From Corallochytrium limacisporum Hawaii (lineage: Eukaryota; Protista; Pluriformea): a stretch of 64,000 bases of DNA. Position numbers and translations under genes: made by a program. Positions 59,201-64,000 of the stretch are shown in pieces; positions within the stretch are counted from its first letter, which is position 1, and each line of letters opens with the position of its first letter. The notes beneath the pieces were generated by a model that saw nothing but the letters and a program-made list of their open reading frames with translations, did not search any database and had not been told where the DNA came from. The stretch lies in NCBI GenBank assembly GCA_002811645.1, contig PDIP01000008.1, forward strand, positions 110,097-174,096, in the 5' to 3' direction.

Positions 59201-60807
59201 AGGACCTCTTGTTCGTCATCTAATGGGGCGGAGTAGTCTCCACTCTCAGTCTCCCGTTCGCGGAAATTTAAAGGCACACGCAAACTTGATTTGGGTGACA
59301 GCTTTCCAGGATCATGTCCAGAACCATCAGATCTAACCCTCTGCGCACTGGATCGTCCACCACGTGTAATCATTGGCGGCTCGTCATCTGCGTCTGTAGC
59401 ACCACTATTGCGCAGAGAAGGTACAGCAAGTGTGAAAGCCCCGGGGGACCCTTGGCTTGCCTGGCCTCGAATGTCATACCCTGAGCGGGATCGGTTCTGT
59501 GGTGCAGCGGTGGCCAACGGAGACGCCCCTCCGCGGCGAAGCGGAGGTGGTTCATCTACATCTCGAGTGGACATCTTTGAAATCTGAGGCTTCGTGAACA
59601 AGCTTGTCATCGGTGTAGGGCCAGTTGGTTGGGATGATTTCGTACCAGCACTGCCAGGTGGTGGCTTGAAAAGGCCCTCCAAATTCATTGCGCTACTCCG
59701 TTGGCGTGTCAGCGTCGGTGGTGGTCCCTTAAACGTCTGTGTGGATTCTTCATTTTCCTCACCGTCACTGTTGCGAGCAGTGTTCTGATCGTCGTCATCA
59801 TCATCAACAACATCGGCAAGTTGCGCCAGATTAAGAGTGGCAAAATCCATTGCAGCTGATCTCGAAAGCCCAGACGACCTCTCTCTTCCACCCCGACGAA
59901 TTGGAGGCGGCTGCATGGAATCCTCTTCCTCTTCCGCAGGGGGTTTTAATGCAAGCGGGCTAAGGCCCTTCGCACCCAACACGGGCTGCGAACGTCGGTG
60001 TCGTGACATGTCTTCCTTCCCAGGCAATGTGCGCTTAACGGTACTCTTGCTGCAGCTTTGGGTCTCAACTTTGAACCGATTCGGAGACCTTGAGGCAGAG
60101 TTTTTATGATGCAACGGCCCGGTTTGTGGACTAGATTGCGATGATGTGCGTGTAGTAGATTTCCGCCGCCGACTGTGAATTGGACTTGTGTCAGATGGCT
60201 TGTGCCTACCTAAGTGTGTGGTTCGTAAGAAGGAATAAAGAACAAAGGGTGCTCCTACAATGCATTCAAGTGCCCAGTCAGCACTCTTTAAGGCACGTTC
60301 TAAGAAGGTTAGAGGGCGTGACGATGCGCTGAAGAAAAAAGTAGATTGCTTCTTTGTACGAGATAAGTAGCAACCCCGCTCAAAGAATAATGTAACACCC
60401 TCTCGAGTGCCTAATGGTTTAAGTATGCCTTTTCCTTTCTTGAGAGGCCGGGGAACAAGCTCAAAAGGAAAATCTGATAACTTGTTTGTGTCTTGATCTG
60501 ATTCTGGTTCCTCACCACAAAGTAACAGGTTCTTTTGGAGAACGTGAACAACCTGGACTACGAAGGCAGCAATAAGGTATGCAAGGAAAAGTTCAACACT
60601 ATAGCCCAAATAATATACAAATGAAAGTAATATACCGTCACGGAGCCTACCGAGCCAGATCCGGGAGTCTCTGGTTAGAGCGAATTGTACCGTGGAAAGG
60701 AAGTTCAGGCGCGTTTTATTTGAACTTGGCCCTTTTGGTGTACTGCACTCACTTGATACACCGCTTGTTGTTTTTCCAGAATTATCTGCGTCAGGGGCGA
60801 CATTCAT
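56224..60807 (-). CDS. KCTD9-like protein with three T1-type BTB/POZ domains and a long C-terminal pentapeptide-repeat solenoid, 1527 aa (start uncertain; alternative ATG at 60009)
   Basis: Three NV(R/G)G..F ... (Y/L)RDP/DRNP/DRRP..F..(I/L)..YL..EA.FF/FY units at about 58770-58440, 58356-58020 and 57937-57660; A(D/N)(L/F)xx pentapeptides from about 57170 to the end. Confidence 0.88.
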   Translation of the reverse strand: MNVAPDADNSGKTTSGVSSECSTPKGPSSNKTRLNFLSTVQFALTRDSRIWLGRLRDGILLSFVYYLGYSVELFLAYLIAAFVVQVVHVLQKNLLLCGEEPESDQDTNKLSDFPFELVPRPLKKGKGILKPLGTREGVTLFFERGCYLSRTKKQSTFFFSASSRPLTFLERALKSADWALECIVGAPFVLYSFLRTTHLGRHKPSDTSPIHSRRRKSTTRTSSQSSPQTGPLHHKNSASRSPNRFKVETQSCSKSTVKRTLPGKEDMSRHRRSQPVLGAKGLSPLALKPPAEEEEDSMQPPPIRRGGRERSSGLSRSAAMDFATLNLAQLADVVDDDDDDQNTARNSDGEENEESTQTFKGPPPTLTRQRSSAMNLEGLFKPPPGSAGTKSSQPTGPTPMTSLFTKPQISKMSTRDVDEPPPLRRGGASPLATAAPQNRSRSGYDIRGQASQGSPGAFTLAVPSLRNSGATDADDEPPMITRGGRSSAQRVRSDGSGHDPGKLSPKSSLRVPLNFRERETESGDYSAPLDDEQEVLIQMLGGAQDSARSMPSRAGDAPGLELRRSTSIADRSISGSRAHSREPSPQRSQRGQSREPLFATHRDGDSPGRGYTAQEVSELMAYVSQHGSPSRSGSVKSTNKKFGRTEDEESGGMVQTLLTYLWKGNRGAETTSTGLVPRHAVVFNVRGDEFVIPERALRCKKTTYEYSILRQYLDISIGKKAPVIDDEESGEKVPVPVDTFGRIVLYRDPKVFSYICQYLSNSEEAVQEMAKCDAPTITKILLEMDYFGVHGVRDRLRPLFEEKVRIQQEERINPPAKVITINVGGRLFNANHLVLCCNEGSRLARDVTAYMRMTHQREKKTGSMTTRATVKDSTFLIDGEGHLFYDRNPDHFNALLSYLRDDSIEAVYRKISEAQSSILELATFFEIHDLVSLIQSRQFISEFLKSFGDRAQCGMNAILPMNVGGERIDVSWKTLTKVNGSKLHALALGDIRVLDVQADENGRIFLDRRPDLFRIVVDYLRGYDLHRRIDDSWNLIQDVMSEADFYGLSALKASAKRIQDQVLAKQNHMQQSATMGMAQQQTQAPGSALPPRQTPQVVDDPEARALNVALGLNTSGPNLASLGSARSGREQQQGLGAAAQFGYTFGKPGTTGKGGYPPQSGNYKTPVNQIMNAFGAARGSKGGTSAGQMTGPKKTISQEELNRVVNSQNLRSGLSNVDFSQLSFRGLRLKGANMRSSVLTNCDLCDCDLQQSDMCAVDLRGSQCNATSFRKCIMQGSNCAGLDMTGCTLIDADMKGANLSNVVMTKCRLRSLDLEKADLTGWKVVDSPEMQMMSFRNQDLTDVNIVNADLSEADFLQAQFSNVVIKNCNLEGSSFKGADMRGLMLTETTSFSGAVFDETDLSGRHFSKADFSGCRFVDAEMLEVIFNECFFEGTDFKGCRLLKAKFSLCTAFTGANFTGAELAGVRFEDADFSGCSFHRADVRRAQFLNCTFAPAEPLKPGMDARRAIFANAKMEGADFSGSVWEQQ

Positions 60808-63800
60808 CTGGACCTTTCGTCATTTCTGTGCACTTCATTCTTTTCTCTTACTTTGTAACTCTTTCGCTTAATAAAGGACTTGATCACTTCCTCTCTTGCC
60901 TTAATGACTGGAAACTAAGACAATAACCATTCCCGCACGGCCGTACCATTTTATGTACCAGCCATTGAAAATAACAAAACAATAAAATTCAATGTCACTA
61001 TGCAGATTTAAAGACGAAGGACCCGGTGCTATCCATTCAACCGTCCATGCGCAGTGCCTGTTGTGGTGGTACGCGACAGACCCGCAGCAGCCAGCACACC
61101 CATACCAAACGGCCGGAAGTGGGGGCCTCAATTTCCGGAAAGACCCCACTCCCCTATTGGACGAATACGACACGGCCAGACTGGTACTTTCACTACCACT
61201 AGAAAAGACGCGGGAAGACTTCGAACGGAGTGGGGAGGCGGTGAGTGACGGATAGCTGGAGACTCGGCCGTTGAAAGGGGGGTTGAGAGGGAAGAGAGGG
61301 GGGTTCTGAAAGTCGTGGGGAACCAACCCCCCCACCCGCTTCTCACTAGGGTTACCCGCGTACATTCGGTATGGAAAGGACCAGAAGAGAGTTTACCCAA
61401 GGGGATCTTAATCTAAACTGCTCAAACCACCCGTTGCTGACTAAGGCGCCGAGAGGAGGGCCCCAACCAACCGCCCGCGGGGCAGAGGGGGGGGGGGGCC
61501 AGTGTGTTTATTTCTACAGTTGCCCAGAGCGATTCGCATATTTTTGTCCGCTTGGGACCAGTTCAAAATAACTGACAACCTATACCACACCGATCTCATT
61601 AGTTGAATTAAGTCATCACCTCCAACCTTGTTCCCCTTCGAAACTGTATTAGAGTTCAACAAATGGACCTGGGAAAACATCGGTTCCTTCTGTTAACATG
61701 GAGGACCTCCCACTAACCAAACCGAGGCAACACTTTATTGGTGTTTCGTCCGCCATCGGCTACGCAGCATGATGGCCAATTATTTCAGTGCCAACCCCCT
61801 GGTGTCATCAATCTAGAAAGCATATCAAATCTTATTGGAATATGCAGTATGTACCATGGGTGTGAAAAGTAGGGCAGATGACTGTTGCAGGATAGCATTT
61901 CGGACTCGGACGTAGGGTGAGAATGTGACGGGGCCCGGGAGCCAATAGTAAATGTTGCCGATGGGTGTCAAGTAACACCTCGTAGCTTTCGGAAGCAACA
62001 CATTAGGTTCGTGTTTTTCTGGTGGGATTTTGGACGCAATTCACGCCCGGATGTCATAGAAACCTCCGGTCACAGTTGCTGATGAATATGATGAAAGAAC
62101 CATCTATTTTTGACCCAACCGGTCATTGACTTCATGACGAAAAACTTGTATGGCAACTGAGTGGAGAGATCAACACATGTCAGAGAGCTGTCCCTCTGAA
62201 ATATCTACTCCTTGTCGCTTACTCGCGTTGCGTCACCAGAGGATTCCGAACATAGTTCGTCAGTGTCCCACTGTCCCCCCATGTTCTCCGGACTGAAAGT
62301 ATCTCCGAAGATTTGCCACGCCCAGTTGAGACAATCACAGGACAACAATGTGGAAGGAACCCTCCTTGTCCTACTGTTCTACCTGTGCCCAAAATGGTAG
62401 ACCAGTTTCTGGGTGCTCTCTGCGTTCAGTACTGGACTTGCATTTTCCGACGTGCTCATTCCCGTACTGGGTCACTGAAAAGAAAAGTGTCCCACTGAAA
62501 CTTGAAAGGGAGTGTCGACATCAGGTGTCTTTTGCTCTATGTCAGTAGATGGTAGACTTACGTATACTGTGGCCACCTCATCAGAAGCACCCAGGGACTA
62601 GTGCGATTTCCAGTGCAGGTGCTCCAATGTCAAAAAGTGGGCGTGCAGACTGAGCGTGTCGTGGACTTCCGACAAACTCTTCCATCATTGGGATGTGGGA
62701 ATGGGAAGCGAAAGAATTAATAACTCACTCCCTCTACCTTCTGTGACGCATCTCATTTATAGTCGGCATATTCCAAAGCGGATAGGAGCATGCCAAACAT
62801 AGCACATCTGCAAACCACAAAAGAAAGCAACACGCTTCGTATTGAAGTCCTCCGGTGTACTACCTGCAGACAATGCATGTGTTTACTATTTCATTACCCC
62901 CTTACATGGCACTCAGCTCCCTGAATGAGGTTACATACCCCTTCTCTTGTACGGTCAACTTGCAGACTCAGTGGAGCATGATGCACTGTATGTGCATCAT
63001 TGCTGTGTGTGGTAGAAACCTGTACTCCGTGCTGGGGATAGAGCAGCAATCTTGGATGCCCTCAACACAATGGTGATGATACATCACATAGATATTCGCT
63101 GGCGGTTTTGGAAACCCTGCCCACCCGGCGCTTTCCATTTATCTTGCTCAGTCTTTTCCCTTGCCCGCCGGCCTATGCGATGACACAAGCGATATCGTGT
63201 GTGTATACAAAATAAACAGCTTAACTCGCATCTGTTTAACACCAGCGTAGCGCATTCTGTTCGTATACAAACACGCTTATTGTCGGCTACCCTCCCGCCG
63301 CCCCTTCCTGAGGACTATAGAACACTGCAGGGTAGTACGACAGCCCAACCCACCCACACCACCCGACCCAAAATAACCTACTTTAGTATCCCTTCTTTCA
63401 AGTGCGGGCCGAGATTATGCCAGTGTTGTCAAATACTCCGGTGAAGCCCCCTACTCCCGTCCCCCTTGCCGCTGCAGCAGAGTAATTTTGGCGGCGAGCC
63501 AGTGACGCTCCGCAGAAGTATGGGTATCAAAATTTTCAGTTCTCTGTAGTTTCCCAAATGGACATTTCTGGTCACAATAAAGATGAGCTTCTATGGCAAG
63601 CAATTGTGATAGCCCTCGGAGAATTCGGTACTGAGTCCGCCGCTGCTGCATCTCCAACCCCGCTCCGCGAATAATGAAAATTTCGACCTGCTTGACAAGA
63701 TTTGTGCACTGTCACGGTTTTCACATTCTGCTACTTATTGAACCAATATTTTTCCTTTCGTAGCACCCTCCGGGCCCGCTTTGGGGGGAGAGCGAGATCA

Positions 63801-64000
63801 ACACTATTGTTCGTCCAATCTAATGATGTTGTGTCATCAGAATCTGGAGCATCAGCACTTGTTCTGCCTCCAAACCTGTTCGATATTCCACAACGGCTCA
63901 GAATCCGTTAATACATACCACCCTCTGTCTCATAATATTAGGCCGAATCTATTCAAATCACATTCATTCGAATCCCGACCGCTGTGGCGGGAAACATTTT

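Noticed and set aside
23599-61101. ETS-like CCGGAAGTG at 23599 and 61093 upstream of two genes
   Set aside because: Two hits of a 9-mer in 64 kb on both strands is close to chance.
60808-64000. Possible genes, tRNAs or transposon remnants in the last 3.2 kb
   Set aside because: Only short ORFs without domains; TTCGAATCC at about 63967 lacks a cloverleaf; no terminal repeats seen.

Overview
Gene-dense eukaryotic nuclear DNA with one 329-N assembly gap (27901-28229). It holds 22 long, apparently intron-free CDSs. The gene set mixes animal-type proteins (FMN/Cappuccino-type formin, KCTD9-like BTB-pentapeptide protein, MARCHF5, TMEM209, RMC1, DCAF4, SLC38-type transporter) with proteins animals lack (hybrid two-component histidine kinase, Tem1/Spg1-like GTPase domain, DUF2009). 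This suggests an intron-poor unicellular holozoan, Corallochytrium-like (inference, not proven). I found no tRNA, rRNA, transposon or CRISPR. Best leads: (1) a cryptic peroxisomal signal (..SSKPKL*) in frame behind the leaky-type TGA-C stop of PGM3; (2) a myristoylated LRR protein fused to a degenerate Tem1/Spg1-like GTPase; (3) a membrane-anchored GAF-PAS hybrid kinase with CP heme-regulatory-like motifs next to a bacterial-type GXWXG/DUF4334-like gene; (4) a DEP-domain FMN formin with a Spire-interaction-like tail; (5) recurrent GTATG...AG candidate introns seen only in 5' leaders, together with trimmed splicing factors (SLU7, PRP4 kinase). All family calls come from recalled motifs; no searches were run.
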